From an uncultured Chloroflexia bacterium (lineage in GTDB: Bacteria > Chloroflexota > Limnocylindria > Limnocylindrales > CSP1-4), in assembly GCA_963768655.1 (NCBI GenBank), contig CAVYIM010000004.1, forward strand, positions 320,001 through 384,000: a DNA stretch of 64,000 bases, read 5' to 3'. Positions 41,217 to 51,365 of this stretch are shown here, one piece after another. Numbering within the stretch: position 1 is the first letter of the stretch; each line of letters opens with the position of its first letter. The notes beneath the pieces are model-generated. The model ran no database searches. It was given only the letters and a program-made list of their open reading frames with translations, and was not told where the DNA came from. The position numbers and the translations under genes are program-made.

Positions 41217-43192
41217 GCGCCCTCCACCATGAGCTGGTGCTCGTACGAGAAGACGAGCGAATTCGGCTCCAGGTCGAGCCGCTGCGTGGCGGAACCGCGC
41301 TGACCGGTGATCGGGTCGGCACCGAACAGCCGGACGTCCTCGACCAGTGCCGTCCCCGGCACGGCCTGCAGGACCGCATAGACCTCGCCGACCTGGACCG
41401 GCCGGCCGAATGGCCAGCCCGTGCCGTCAGGCCCCCCGGAGATCGGATTGAAGTACCCGTACAGGGCCCGCGTGGCCGCGGCCTGCAGCTTGGTCGGGTT
41501 CGTCCGCGGCTTCGGCTGGATCCTGGCGACGACGGTGATGCCCCGATAATCCGGCGGCTCCACCACCACCCGAGCGCCGATGACCCGGCAGTCGTCGAGT
41601 CGGGTCGTGATGCGAGCCAGCGTCTCCTCGGCCGGGACGAGCAGCTCGAAGCGGAGGCGGCCGTCCTCGTCCGCCGCACGCGGCACCACCAGGACCCGGA
41701 CGCCGCCCTGGTCGGCCGCGGCCGTGGCCGCCACGGCCCGGACCCGGACGATCTCGGGAGCGGCTTCCAGGACGATCTGCTCGTAGTCCTCGGTCGTGAC
41801 CGCGCGGCCGCGGGTCCGCAACGAGATGGGACCTCGCAGCTTGGCATTCTCGATGTCCTCGCCATCGACCCCGCCGGAGGCGGGCCGGCGGTTCGAGACC
41901 CTGGCGATGAACGGGATGCTGGACTTCAGCACGCTGATGGCGCCGGCGGCGACGTTGCCTCTCCGCCCGCCGCCGGTCATGTAGGCGTCCAGCTTCAGGC
42001 GTGCGCCTTTGGGCGGCACCTGGCCGTACTGGCGGAAGGTCCCGTCCGGCTGGCGGACACCCGGCCCGAGCAGCACGGCGCCCGCGACCGTGTCGAGGAC
42101 GAAGTGGCGATCGGCCGACCCGCTCGAGGCGAAGTCAGGGACCTGCTCCCAGTCGACCCACGCGTCGGCCTCGCTGACGCGGAGGACGGCCGGCCGTTCG
42201 CCCGGCACGACCGGGTGATGAAGGAGCGAGAAGCGCTGCCCCGGGACGCCGGCGCTGGTGCCGATGATCTCGCCGGCGGGGCCGCCCTCTCCGTTCTGGC
42301 CGCCGCCCACGACCTGGGCGTTGACCGCCGCCGCGGTGCCGCCGATTGTCTCGGCGGCGACGCCATGGATTCGGGGCGAGGCGGAGTACGTCGGCATGTC
42401 GGCTTCGGGGCTGACGACCCGCGCCCGCAGCCAGCCGCCGCGGGTCCGGTTGACGAGCGAGGCCACGTGTCCGGCCGGGACGTGGAGAACCACCCGCCCG
42501 TCGCGGTTGAGCCCGCCCGTCGAGTCCGACTCGAGGTCGCAGCCGGTCCAGCCGTCGCCCGTCCAGGCCTCCCAGACGATCGGGGGCCGCGTCGGATCGA
42601 CGCCCACGCCCTCGATCGAGCACCGCATCGAAAGCGCCACCGCGCAGGACGGCACCGCCTCGCTGAGTCCGATCAGCAACGTGTCGCCCGGCTGGGGCAC
42701 GGTTGAGAACGCCTCGAACGACGCGCCCTTCTCGAGGAGATCGGAGCGGTCCACCGCCGGCGCCCCCTCGGCCGAAGTTGCCACGTGCCCCAGGGAGCAG
42801 GCGACGACTGCCAGATCTTCGAGCGTGCTGAAGACGATGGCCTCGTCGGTCTCCGTGCGAACGGTCGCGGCCCGCGTGCCCGCGGCGATGCGGACCGTGT
42901 CCGGCTGGGGCGCGCTCAGGTAGAACGTCAGCGGGGCGCGGGCCGCCGCCGGCGGGAAGAGCCGCACCCCGATCAGGTCGAGAAAGCGGACGTAGTTGCG
43001 ATCGGGCACGCGGTTGAGCCGGTACAGGAGCTGGTCGGTCATGTAGGCGAACGCCTCGATGAGCGTCACGCCCGGATCGGATACGTTGTGATCCGTCCAC
43101 TCCGGACAGCGCTGCTGGACGAGGCGTTTGGCGTCGTCGACCAGATCCTGGAACCGCCGGTCGTCGAGGTTGGGAGTCGGGAGGGCCATCAC
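41213..43192 (-). CDS. CIS baseplate J-like protein
   Basis: PNLDDR, PEWTDHN.SDPG.TL, RAVT.EDYE, GWPFGR. Confidence 0.92.
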   Translation of the reverse strand: MMALPTPNLDDRRFQDLVDDAKRLVQQRCPEWTDHNVSDPGVTLIEAFAYMTDQLLYRLNRVPDRNYVRFLDLIGVRLFPPAAARAPLTFYLSAPQPDTVRIAAGTRAATVRTETDEAIVFSTLEDLAVVACSLGHVATSAEGAPAVDRSDLLEKGASFEAFSTVPQPGDTLLIGLSEAVPSCAVALSMRCSIEGVGVDPTRPPIVWEAWTGDGWTGCDLESDSTGGLNRDGRVVLHVPAGHVASLVNRTRGGWLRARVVSPEADMPTYSASPRIHGVAAETIGGTAAAVNAQVVGGGQNGEGGPAGEIIGTSAGVPGQRFSLLHHPVVPGERPAVLRVSEADAWVDWEQVPDFASSGSADRHFVLDTVAGAVLLGPGVRQPDGTFRQYGQVPPKGARLKLDAYMTGGGRRGNVAAGAISVLKSSIPFIARVSNRRPASGGVDGEDIENAKLRGPISLRTRGRAVTTEDYEQIVLEAAPEIVRVRAVAATAAADQGGVRVLVVPRAADEDGRLRFELLVPAEETLARITTRLDDCRVIGARVVVEPPDYRGITVVARIQPKPRTNPTKLQAAATRALYGYFNPISGGPDGTGWPFGRPVQVGEVYAVLQAVPGTALVEDVRLFGADPITGQRGSATQRLDLEPNSLVFSYEHQLMVEGA

Positions 43193-43590
43193 TCAGCCTC
43201 CTCGGGGATCGTGTAGAAGGGGAAGACCAGGTTTCTGCGGTCGTTCGTAGCCTTGATGGTGTAGATGACCTCGATGTAGAGGACGGATCGATCCTCGGTG
43301 TCGACGCTCACGTCCACGTCGGTGACCTCGATGCGCGGCTCCCAGCGCAGCAGGGCGTCGCGAACGGCCTGGGCCAGCCGGCCCGCCGCGCCGGCCCCCG
43401 CGCCGGCGAAGACCTCGTCGTGGATCCGGCAACCGAACTCGGGTCGCATCGGCCGCTCGCCGGGGGCGGTGCCCAGGATGAGCCGGATGGCCTCTTCGAC
43501 CTCGCGGCCCTTCGAGACCAGGGCGATGCCCCCGCTCGAATCGGTCCGGAGCGGGAAGGCCCAGCCTGCGCCGATGAACTCGTCCGTCAT
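43189..43590 (-). CDS. GPW/gp25 baseplate protein
   Basis: GWAFP, IL.T.PGER.MRPEFGC, WEPRI, NLVFPFY. Confidence 0.92.
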   Translation of the reverse strand: MTDEFIGAGWAFPLRTDSSGGIALVSKGREVEEAIRLILGTAPGERPMRPEFGCRIHDEVFAGAGAGAAGRLAQAVRDALLRWEPRIEVTDVDVSVDTEDRSVLYIEVIYTIKATNDRRNLVFPFYTIPEEAE

Positions 43591-43600
43591 GACTGCCTCC

Positions 43601-43987
43601 TCAACCGACCGTCACGGCGGCGGTCGTCGCCACACAGGTGCCGCCCGGAATGCCGCAACAGGTCGCCTGCGACTCGGTCGTCGCCGCCGGCTTGCCCTCG
43701 ATGAACACGCTGGCCGAGCCGGTCATGATCTGGGCTTGCTCCGTGGGAGGCGCGAAGAATGGGTCGCTCGGATGCAGGCCGACGTGCGGCGGCGTGTTCA
43801 GTCCGCTCGAGCCGAGCACTGCCGCGGGCTTGCCTCCGATGGTGACCGTCGTCGAGAGCCCGATCGTCAGCGGCGCGGCGAAGGGCAGGGGCGGCGATGG
43901 CTGCGGCGCCCCCGTGGTCGGGTTGGGGATCAAGTGGATCGAGCACGTCGCTTGAACCTGGTCTCCCTGGACGATCGGCTGGCCCAT
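43601..43987 (-). CDS. PAAR-like spike tip protein
   Basis: TVTIGGKPAA and GSASVFIEGKPAA; follows VgrG. Confidence 0.85.
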   Translation of the reverse strand: MGQPIVQGDQVQATCSIHLIPNPTTGAPQPSPPLPFAAPLTIGLSTTVTIGGKPAAVLGSSGLNTPPHVGLHPSDPFFAPPTEQAQIMTGSASVFIEGKPAATTESQATCCGIPGGTCVATTAAVTVG

Positions 43988-43999
43988 CTCTCGTCCCTC

Positions 44000-45733
44000 T
44001 CATCCCGGCGGGTTCAGCTGCAGCATCTGGCCCTTGACCGTCGTCGTGGCGTCGCTCTTGAGGTCGAGGCCGCTGGTGCCCGAGAGGCTCAGGCTCGCGC
44101 CGGCCTTGATCGTCACGTTGCCCTGGCCGGAGATCGAGATGTCGCCGTCGGCGTCGATCGAGAGCTTCGCCCCGCCGCCGGCCTTGACGGAGATCTGGCC
44201 GTTGTCGTCGTCGAGCACGACCGTCAGGCCCTTGGGCGTCGTCAACTCGATCGATCCGTCGTTCTCGTCGTGAAGGACCAGCTTGTGGCCCTTGAGGGAG
44301 ACGAGCGCCCGGGCGTTCGGCTGGCCGTTCGGCACGCCGTAGGGCGGGGCGGTGTCGGTCGAGTTCCACAGTCCGCCGAGCACGATCGGACGCCGGACGT
44401 CGCCGTGCTCGAAGGCCACGAGGACCTCGTCGTCGACCTCGGGCATCCAGACCACGCCCCGGCTCGATCCGGCGCCGGGCATCGCCACCCGCGCCCAGTC
44501 GCTGACGTAATCGTCGGCCAGCCACGGGAAATGCAGTTTCACGCGGCCGTGGTTGTCGGGGTCGCCGGTGTCGGACACGATCCCCACGACCACTCCCTGG
44601 ATCGGGGCGCCGCCGGAGACGCTCGTGCCGCCCGGCGTGGCGCCGCGAACCAGGCCCAGAAGCGACCGGTCCTGGCGCCCGCTGGCGACGAATTGGGTTC
44701 TGTACCCGCGCTGGTCGAAGACGTGCCGGGTGTGAGACAGCGTGAAGCTGCCCACGAACGGGCTGCCGACGACGGAGACGCTGATGGCCCGGCCCGCCTG
44801 TATCTCCGCGTTCCCGCGCGCCGTCCCGGTCGCCTCGGCGAAGGTCGTCCCGACCTGCTGGGCAATCCGAGCGGCCCGCTTGTCGGCGGAGTCCTGGTCG
44901 ATCGCGCGCGGCTCGACCGTCACCAGCCTAGCGTCGCCGAATAGCCCGCTGAGCGCCTGCGGATCCTGGGTGAGCGAGGCGGTGGATGCGGCTGTCTGAG
45001 CGGTGCCCACCACGGCCTGCTTGTTGATGCCGTCCCAGGAGCGGACCTCGACGGTGTCGACCTGGCCCGCGCCCGTCACCCGCGGCCGGAACTCCAGGAG
45101 GTCCTCGCCGAATATCAGCTGGAGGGTCACCTTCGAGCCGTACGTCCCCTGAGTCGGGGCCGCCGAGGCGTCCGTCGGAGCGTGGAAGTTGAGGGCACCG
45201 TCGACGACGCTCAGCTCGAAGTCGATCTCGTCGGCCAGCTCGCGCAGGAAGCTCCAGTCAGACTGATCCACCTGCGGCACGTGGTCCTTGACCTGACCCG
45301 TGGAGTCGATCGTGCCGGTGTCGAGGCCGGCGTCCGATGCGATCTGCTGGGCCACGTCCGAGTACATGACCTGGGTGAAGACCTTTGTATGGCGTCCCCG
45401 ATGCAGCCGGTGGGCCAGGTCGTAACCGCGCACGACCAGGAAGGAGCCGGTCTCCGAGTACTCCGCCTCGAGCGCGGTGACCTCACCCGAGAGCACCGGC
45501 GCAGGCGTGCCGTTGACCGACGCCCCGGTGACCTTGACACGCGAGGCGATCTTCACCGGGACCTCGTCGGTGGCGGTCCGACCGGGATCGCTGAACCTGA
45601 TCTCGAAGCTGGCCGGAAGGTGCACGTCCTGATCGACGATCACCTCCGCCACTCGGCCGGCGATGGCGGCGGACAGGGCTTCGCCGTCGATCTCGATGGT
45701 CGCTCCGGTTGCGGTGGCGGTCGCGGAGGGCAT
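44000..45733 (-). CDS. vgrG: VgrG-like spike
   Basis: Q.DQSDWSFL..LA, DP...GRVKL.FPWL, WARV, PEV.DEVLV.FE.GD. Confidence 0.92.
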   Translation of the reverse strand: MPSATATATGATIEIDGEALSAAIAGRVAEVIVDQDVHLPASFEIRFSDPGRTATDEVPVKIASRVKVTGASVNGTPAPVLSGEVTALEAEYSETGSFLVVRGYDLAHRLHRGRHTKVFTQVMYSDVAQQIASDAGLDTGTIDSTGQVKDHVPQVDQSDWSFLRELADEIDFELSVVDGALNFHAPTDASAAPTQGTYGSKVTLQLIFGEDLLEFRPRVTGAGQVDTVEVRSWDGINKQAVVGTAQTAASTASLTQDPQALSGLFGDARLVTVEPRAIDQDSADKRAARIAQQVGTTFAEATGTARGNAEIQAGRAISVSVVGSPFVGSFTLSHTRHVFDQRGYRTQFVASGRQDRSLLGLVRGATPGGTSVSGGAPIQGVVVGIVSDTGDPDNHGRVKLHFPWLADDYVSDWARVAMPGAGSSRGVVWMPEVDDEVLVAFEHGDVRRPIVLGGLWNSTDTAPPYGVPNGQPNARALVSLKGHKLVLHDENDGSIELTTPKGLTVVLDDDNGQISVKAGGGAKLSIDADGDISISGQGNVTIKAGASLSLSGTSGLDLKSDATTTVKGQMLQLNPPG

Positions 45734-45736
45734 CGC

Positions 45737-46447
45737 TCAATCCTCGGCGGCGTTCAGGAGCCGGGCCTCGGCCGCGGACGGCACGAGGATCCGCGTGCCC
45801 GAGGCGATGGCCATCGGGTCGTCGATCCCGTTGAGGCGGGCCAGGGCGCGCCAGAGCGTGGCGTCGCCGAACTCGCCGAAAGCTATCGACGCCAGCGAAT
45901 CGCCCTCGCCGAGGATGCGGCTGCGCCGGCTCTCGCGGGCACCCGAGGTCGGGTTCTGGGCCAGCGGGCTGTCGTCCGAGTACTCGCTCAGGCTCAGGTC
46001 GCAGGTCGCCCTGATGGGCGTCCCGTTGGCCCGGAACATCGTGTACTCGGCGCTTACGCTCTCGATGCACCACTTGTGGTCGGCCAGGGCACCGCTCTGA
46101 CCCCACTGGAACCCGACCACCGGCGGCCTGGGCCGGTCGTGCTGGGCCACGGAGATCGGACTCGGCTTGGTCCAGCTCAGGAGCTTGTTGACTTGCTTGG
46201 AGACGTCGCCCTCGGAGTTGCTCCACTCGTCGAAGAAGATCGACAGCTGGGCCTTCTGCGGCCCGGAGCTGATGTACTCCGGCCGGTCGGTCATGGCGCC
46301 GTCGGGCTTCTTCCACGTGGCCGACCGCGACGTCTTGACTTCGCTGGGGTTGTAGCTGAAGACCAGCGTGGCGAACGGGACGCTCCCGCTCGGGTCGGCG
46401 TAGGCCGTCAGCGAGGCTCGTTCGAGAGAGGAATTACCGAGCGGCAC
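45737..46447 (-). CDS. CIS tube initiator with LysM domain
   Basis: F.YNP, F.WG, YTMF...G.PIRA, QNPTSG, GDSL..IA..E.GD..LWR.LA..N.IDDP. Confidence 0.88.
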   Translation of the reverse strand: MPLGNSSLERASLTAYADPSGSVPFATLVFSYNPSEVKTSRSATWKKPDGAMTDRPEYISSGPQKAQLSIFFDEWSNSEGDVSKQVNKLLSWTKPSPISVAQHDRPRPPVVGFQWGQSGALADHKWCIESVSAEYTMFRANGTPIRATCDLSLSEYSDDSPLAQNPTSGARESRRSRILGEGDSLASIAFGEFGDATLWRALARLNGIDDPMAIASGTRILVPSAAEARLLNAAED

Positions 46448-46449
46448 GG

Positions 46450-46869
46450 CTAGGCTCCCAGGAATCCGTTGTGGATCAGCTCGAGGGTCTCCGTCGCCGG
46501 CTCCCTGCCGCCGGCGTTGAGGGTCGGGCCGCTCCAGTGGGAGGGGTAGACGCCGGTCAGGTTCCAGCTGGCGATCTCGGTGCCGGCCGAGTCCATGACG
46601 GCGATCTTCGCCGTCGCGTACGCGATCGACTTCTCGACCGACGCCAGCCAGCTCATGACGGCCGAGGTGGATTCGTCGACCACCCGTGTCAGCTTGACGC
46701 TGTCGTACCGGGCGCGGCCGGGGAGGCGATGGACGAAGCCGTTGTTGCCTCCCTCCTTGTACTCGAAGACGTCGTACGTGACGCCCAACCCTTCGCACTT
46801 CGTCCACGCGCCGAGGTCGTGGCCGTCGATGGTGACCACGAAGTTCAGTGCCAGTCCGTACTCAGCCAT
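46450..46869 (-). CDS. CIS tube protein 2 (gp19-like)
   Basis: C.GL...Y.EGG.N..V..LPGR, W.GP.LNA, ETLEL.H.G. Confidence 0.9.
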   Translation of the reverse strand: MAEYGLALNFVVTIDGHDLGAWTKCEGLGVTYDVFEYKEGGNNGFVHRLPGRARYDSVKLTRVVDESTSAVMSWLASVEKSIAYATAKIAVMDSAGTEIASWNLTGVYPSHWSGPTLNAGGREPATETLELIHNGFLGA

Positions 46870-46920
46870 GGTGTCTACCGCCCGATTCGAGGTTCCGCTC
46901 AAGCATCGACCGCCACCTCA

Positions 46921-48669
46921 TCACCGATCGGGGAGCAGGCCGGCCCGCTCCCGATCGCGCAGCAGCTCGGCGCCGAGGCGGTCCCTGATCCGCCAGTAGA
47001 TACGCCCGGCCAGCTGCTCGACCTGGTCGTCCGGTATGGATTGGGCCCCGGCCGCGGCCGCGGCCGTCGCGCCGGGCGATGCACCGCCGCCGACGTCCGC
47101 GGCACGAGCGACGAGAACGTTGCCGCTACCACCGGCCGGCGCTTCGGGCCGGGCGCTGTCGGGGTCGTGGATGCGCTGGATGACGGGGCCCCCGCCTGCC
47201 GCCGGCGTGCCGCTCCACTGCGGCGACGGGGCCGCCGGGCTCGGCGGTACGGCCAGCGACAGCACCGGGTGGCCGGCCATCGCGGGCTGCGGCAGCTCGG
47301 GCACCGGGGCGCCGGAGCTCGAGCTCGGGAACGGCCACGTCTGACCCTCCCCGGCCCGCGGTGATGACCCGGCAACGGAGTGGGTGAGGAGCTCTGCCGG
47401 CCGCCCGATCGCGGAACGTTGCACCGAGTTCGAGCGGGCGCCGCCGGCGCCGGCCGCCGGAGACGCGGAGCCCGCCGGGCCGGGACTCGGGCTGGCAGGC
47501 AGCCCGCGAGCGGGCCCGGCCGGGGCGAACGACGTCGTCCCGTTCTCGCGCGCTGCCACATTCTCCCGCCCGGCATCGTCGGGCCGATCGCGGACGGGGT
47601 GCAAACCCGTGGGCGAGAGGGTCGCCACGGGGAGGATCGGCAACGCTCGTGCCGCACCGCCGGTTATGGGCGAGCGTCGGGCTGCGGTCTCGGCAAAGGC
47701 CGCCGCGCCGGCGATCGGGCCGGTGGCTCGAAGCAGTTGCGAGGCGTCGAGCCCACGGGGCTGGGCCGATCCCGGCATCGCTGCCAGCGGCGCGCCCAGG
47801 CCGACGCGCCGAACCCTGTTGACAGGCAGATGAGACGGACCTTCCCGCAGCGAGAGCTCGCCACCAACGGGCGTGGGCCGAACTTCGCCCGACATCCGGG
47901 GGGCCGGGGCAGCCACGGCGCCGCCCAGCGCCGGGGCTGCGGCGCGGTCCGGGGCCGTGGCTGCGGCGCCCGGCGTTTCGGTCGGCGAGCCGGCCTGGTC
48001 GCTCAGGGCCGCGGCGTCCGCGGCGGCGCCGCTGCCTGGCCGACCACCCGGCCCGGCGGCGAGGTGCACGCGACCGCCCGACCAGCCGGGGTCCGACGCC
48101 GGGTCGACCGAGGTGTAGGAGTGGCTTCGCTCGGCGGCCGGGAGATCCACGACCGGCAGCCGCCGCCTGGCACCGAGATCCCCGTCTGCGCCGAGGTTCG
48201 CGCCGAAGCCGGCGGGCGCGCCGAGGCCGGCGGGCGTCCCCGGCACGGCGCCGAACCCGGACGCATTTACGAGCGGCCTAGCCGCGGCCCCGGCGTCGCG
48301 GGCAACCGCCGCGTGGGGCCCGTGCCGGCTGCCGGTCCCGGCCCCGCCGGCAGGCCCCCCGGCCCGCGGCATCGCCGGCCTGGTCAGACCGCCGATGACG
48401 CCCACCGGCCCACCGGCAGCGGTTTCGTGCTCGAGCGGGCGCAGCGTCGGCGTGATGCCGTGCGAGACGGCCAGTCCCGCAATGAACTGACTCGGTCGCA
48501 CCGTCAGCGGCGCCGTCCCAAAAGTGCTCTGGAGAGGCTCGATGGCAGCGGCGGACCGCTCCGCCTGTTCGGCTGCCTCAGCGGTCACCGGGCCCGTTTC
48601 GCCCGACACCTGGCTGGACGCGGCGGTCGACTCACCGGATCGGCGAGGCAGGCTGAATGGCCAGCGCAC
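46921..48669 (-). CDS. Low-complexity Pro/Ala protein, putative tape-measure equivalent
   Basis: Position between chaperone and tube 2; VQR motifs; C-terminal LA.RIY..I..RL.AEL..DRERAG. Confidence 0.7.
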   Translation of the reverse strand: MRWPFSLPRRSGESTAASSQVSGETGPVTAEAAEQAERSAAAIEPLQSTFGTAPLTVRPSQFIAGLAVSHGITPTLRPLEHETAAGGPVGVIGGLTRPAMPRAGGPAGGAGTGSRHGPHAAVARDAGAAARPLVNASGFGAVPGTPAGLGAPAGFGANLGADGDLGARRRLPVVDLPAAERSHSYTSVDPASDPGWSGGRVHLAAGPGGRPGSGAAADAAALSDQAGSPTETPGAAATAPDRAAAPALGGAVAAPAPRMSGEVRPTPVGGELSLREGPSHLPVNRVRRVGLGAPLAAMPGSAQPRGLDASQLLRATGPIAGAAAFAETAARRSPITGGAARALPILPVATLSPTGLHPVRDRPDDAGRENVAARENGTTSFAPAGPARGLPASPSPGPAGSASPAAGAGGARSNSVQRSAIGRPAELLTHSVAGSSPRAGEGQTWPFPSSSSGAPVPELPQPAMAGHPVLSLAVPPSPAAPSPQWSGTPAAGGGPVIQRIHDPDSARPEAPAGGSGNVLVARAADVGGGASPGATAAAAAGAQSIPDDQVEQLAGRIYWRIRDRLGAELLRDRERAGLLPDR

Positions 48670-48676
48670 GGCGACC

Positions 48677-48835
48677 TCACTCCTCTCCGGTCAGTCGCCG
48701 GTTGATGCCCGCGACCTCTTCGACAAACCGCCGCCTGTCCGGATGCTCGAGATCCAGGATCTCCTCGAAGGACCAGTGAAGGTGGTAGCCGACGTACGCG
48801 ATCTCCTCGAAGAGGCGGTCGGTCGCGTACGTCAT
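48677..48835 (-). CDS. DUF6760-like 52-aa protein (absent from the ORF track)
   Basis: MTYATDRLFEEIAYVGYHLHWSFEEILDLEHPDRRRFVEEVAGIN; ATGA overlap with the upstream gene. Confidence 0.85.
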   Translation of the reverse strand: MTYATDRLFEEIAYVGYHLHWSFEEILDLEHPDRRRFVEEVAGINRRLTGEE

Positions 48836-49254
48836 GATCCCCCCGAGGAACCACCGCCGATCTCGACGGTGAACTCGTGGTGGCAGGCAGGGCAGGTCAC
48901 CGCGGCCTGCGAGGTTCCGTCCTGGTTGATGCGCCGGTACAGGTCCTGAAGGAAGGCCAGATCCGACGCGAACATCCCTTCGACGATGCCCGGATTGATC
49001 TGGGGCAGCGTGCCCAGCCGGGTGATGACGCGACTGAGCAGGATGACCGTCAGGTAGGCCTCGTTCTCCCGGACGCGGGGGTCGCGCACCGGAGTGATCT
49101 CGTCCCGCGCCGTCGCCAGCCGCATCAGGCCTTCGCGATGGACGACGCCCTGCTCATCGACGTAGCCGCGCGGCAGCACGAACGAGAACTCCGTTCGCAG
49201 CGGCCCGGGCCGGTCGACAGCGGTCATGGGTGCCACCCTGGTCTCGGCCACCAT
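48832..49254 (-). CDS. Tail assembly chaperone-like protein
   Basis: F.LPRGYVD..G..HREG.MRLATARDEI, DLAFLQDLY..IN, CPAC. Confidence 0.85.
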   Translation of the reverse strand: MVAETRVAPMTAVDRPGPLRTEFSFVLPRGYVDEQGVVHREGLMRLATARDEITPVRDPRVRENEAYLTVILLSRVITRLGTLPQINPGIVEGMFASDLAFLQDLYRRINQDGTSQAAVTCPACHHEFTVEIGGGSSGGS

Positions 49255-49257
49255 CGC

Positions 49258-49716
49258 TTACTTGACCCTCACGAAGGTCTCGCAGACGATCGTGACCTCC
49301 TCGACCGAAGGCGTGTTGTCGCCGGCCTTGAAACCGGTGACCGTCAACTTCGAGACCCAGGCGTTGGTGAAGTTGTAGCGGGCGACTTCCTGGTGCTCGA
49401 AGTCGTACTGGACGATCGAGCCGTTTCGCCGGGCATCCTTGAGCTTGCCGTCGAGCGCGGCCTGGTGCCAGTTCCACAGGTCCATGGACTGGTTGGCGGC
49501 CCGCTTCAGGGTGATCGTCGGCGGCTTGATGGCGCCGATCTGCTTCTTGAGGGTGGGCCGGCCCGCCTTGTCGACCTCCTTGACCTCGATGACGTCGAGC
49601 TCCGACGCCGCCCCGGTCACCTCCTGGAACTGGGCGAGGCTGACGCTGTCGATCTCGATCGAGAAGCGCTGGGCGCTCAGGGCGTCCTGGGGAAGATTTG
49701 GGACACCAGCTGGCAT
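49258..49716 (-). CDS. CIS inner tube protein (gp19-like)
   Basis: F.IEID, ITLKR, RRNGSI, RYNF.NAW.SK. Confidence 0.92.
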   Translation of the reverse strand: MPAGVPNLPQDALSAQRFSIEIDSVSLAQFQEVTGAASELDVIEVKEVDKAGRPTLKKQIGAIKPPTITLKRAANQSMDLWNWHQAALDGKLKDARRNGSIVQYDFEHQEVARYNFTNAWVSKLTVTGFKAGDNTPSVEEVTIVCETFVRVK

Positions 49717-49750
49717 GTTGGAATCTCCTTGCGCTCCTACCGGTTGGCGC

Positions 49751-51265
49751 CTATTCGGTCAGCGACGCGCCGCCGGAGAACTGGGCGATCCGGAAGATCA
49801 CGAATTCGGCCGGCTTCACGGGCGCGATCCCTATGTCGATGATCAGCTGGCCGGCGTCGATCGTTTCCGACGTGTTGTTCTCCCCGTCGCACTTGACGAA
49901 GAAGGCTTCGCCGGGCGTCGCGCCGAACAGCGCGCCGTCGCGCCAGACGCGGACGAGGAACGAGTTGATCGTCCGCTTGACGCGTTCCCAGAGCGCCATG
50001 TCGTTGGGCTCGAAGACGACCCACTGGGTACCTTCGAGGATCGACTCCTCCACGTAGTTGAAGAGGCGCCGGACGTTGAGGTACCGCCAGGCCGGATCGG
50101 ACGAGAGAGTCCTCGCGCCCCAGACGCGGATGCCGCGGCCGGGGAAGGAGCGGATGCAGTTGACTCCGATCGGGTTGAGGAGGTCGTGCTCGCTCTTGGT
50201 GATCTGCACTTCCAGGGCGATGGCTCCCCGGACGACTTCGTTGGCGGGGGCCTTGTGGACGCCACGCTCCGAGTCGCTGCGGGCCCAGATGCCGGCCATG
50301 TGGCCGGATGGCGGCACGAAGATCGCCCGGCCGGCGAGCGGATCGAAGACCTTGACCCAGGGCCAGTACAGGGCCGCGTACTTGGAGTCGTAGCCGGCCC
50401 GATCGGTCCGCCACTCGTGGATCTGCTGCGCCCCGAAGTCGGGCGGCGCGTCCAGGATGGCGACCCGGTCGCCCATCAGCTCGCAGTGGGCGATCATCGC
50501 CAGCTGGACGGCCTTCACGCCCTCCATGTCGATGGTGCCCTTCTGATACAGAGCCATGAGATCGGGAGCGGCGACCATCGTCACCTCGTCGACCGCCTCC
50601 AGGCCGCCGAAGCCGGTGCGCTCGGCCGCGTTGCCGGCGTATTCGTCCGGAGTGACCCGGATCGTGCCCGTCGTCGTGCCGCCGCTGAGCGACATCCTGC
50701 CCATGGCGGGTGTCAGCTCCGACTTCGTGACCTCTTCGAGACGGATCCGGTGGGACGTCCTGGTCTGGGTGAAGACGTTCTGGCGGCCCTTCTTGAGGGT
50801 TACGTTGTCGTAAACCTCATCCTCCTTACCGCCAACCGACACGATGAGCTTGAAGACGCCTTCGCCAGGTTCCGACGGTTCGGCCACCTCGACCGAGATC
50901 TGGTCGCCGGAGACGCCGGGCTCGAGGGCGACGGCCCGGAACGCCGGGACCGATTTGTCGGTGGAGCTCGGCAGCTCGAGGCGGGCGGCCGGGGCAACGC
51001 CGTCCGCTCCGATCCGGACAACATAGGCGGCGCCGCCGCCGTTCAGGAAGTAGCCGTAGACGGCATGGGCGAGATAGGAGCCCTCGATGAAGTCTCCGAA
51101 CGTGGATGTGAACTGGGTCCAGTTGGTGACCAGGACGGGCGTGTTGGCGGGTCCTAGCTGAGCAAGGCCGACGAAGGCTGCGACGGCGGTCCCGACGCCC
51201 TCGATCGGGCGGGAGCCGGCCTCGACCTCCTCGACGTAGACGCCGGGCGACAGGTATTGCGGCAT
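49751..51265 (-). CDS. CIS contractile sheath protein
   Basis: YLSPGVYVEEV, RGVHKAPANE, WGARTL, VNVRR-like YLNVRRL, VFEPN, APVKPAEFV. Confidence 0.95.
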   Translation of the reverse strand: MPQYLSPGVYVEEVEAGSRPIEGVGTAVAAFVGLAQLGPANTPVLVTNWTQFTSTFGDFIEGSYLAHAVYGYFLNGGGAAYVVRIGADGVAPAARLELPSSTDKSVPAFRAVALEPGVSGDQISVEVAEPSEPGEGVFKLIVSVGGKEDEVYDNVTLKKGRQNVFTQTRTSHRIRLEEVTKSELTPAMGRMSLSGGTTTGTIRVTPDEYAGNAAERTGFGGLEAVDEVTMVAAPDLMALYQKGTIDMEGVKAVQLAMIAHCELMGDRVAILDAPPDFGAQQIHEWRTDRAGYDSKYAALYWPWVKVFDPLAGRAIFVPPSGHMAGIWARSDSERGVHKAPANEVVRGAIALEVQITKSEHDLLNPIGVNCIRSFPGRGIRVWGARTLSSDPAWRYLNVRRLFNYVEESILEGTQWVVFEPNDMALWERVKRTINSFLVRVWRDGALFGATPGEAFFVKCDGENNTSETIDAGQLIIDIGIAPVKPAEFVIFRIAQFSGGASLTE

Positions 51266-51365
51266 GCGGTTCGTCTCCAACACTGCGGAGATGTAGAGGC
51301 TGAGGGTCCGCTCTGGCCAGGTCGGCGGCAATGGTCGGGCGGGCGGTCTGGAGGGAAGAAACGGG

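Noticed and set aside
35434-51157. Many long antisense or alternate-frame ORFs (e.g. 36014..38170, 38612..40645, 43298..44944, 49439..51157)
   Set aside because: Arg/Pro/Gly-rich shadows of real genes, expected in high-GC DNA
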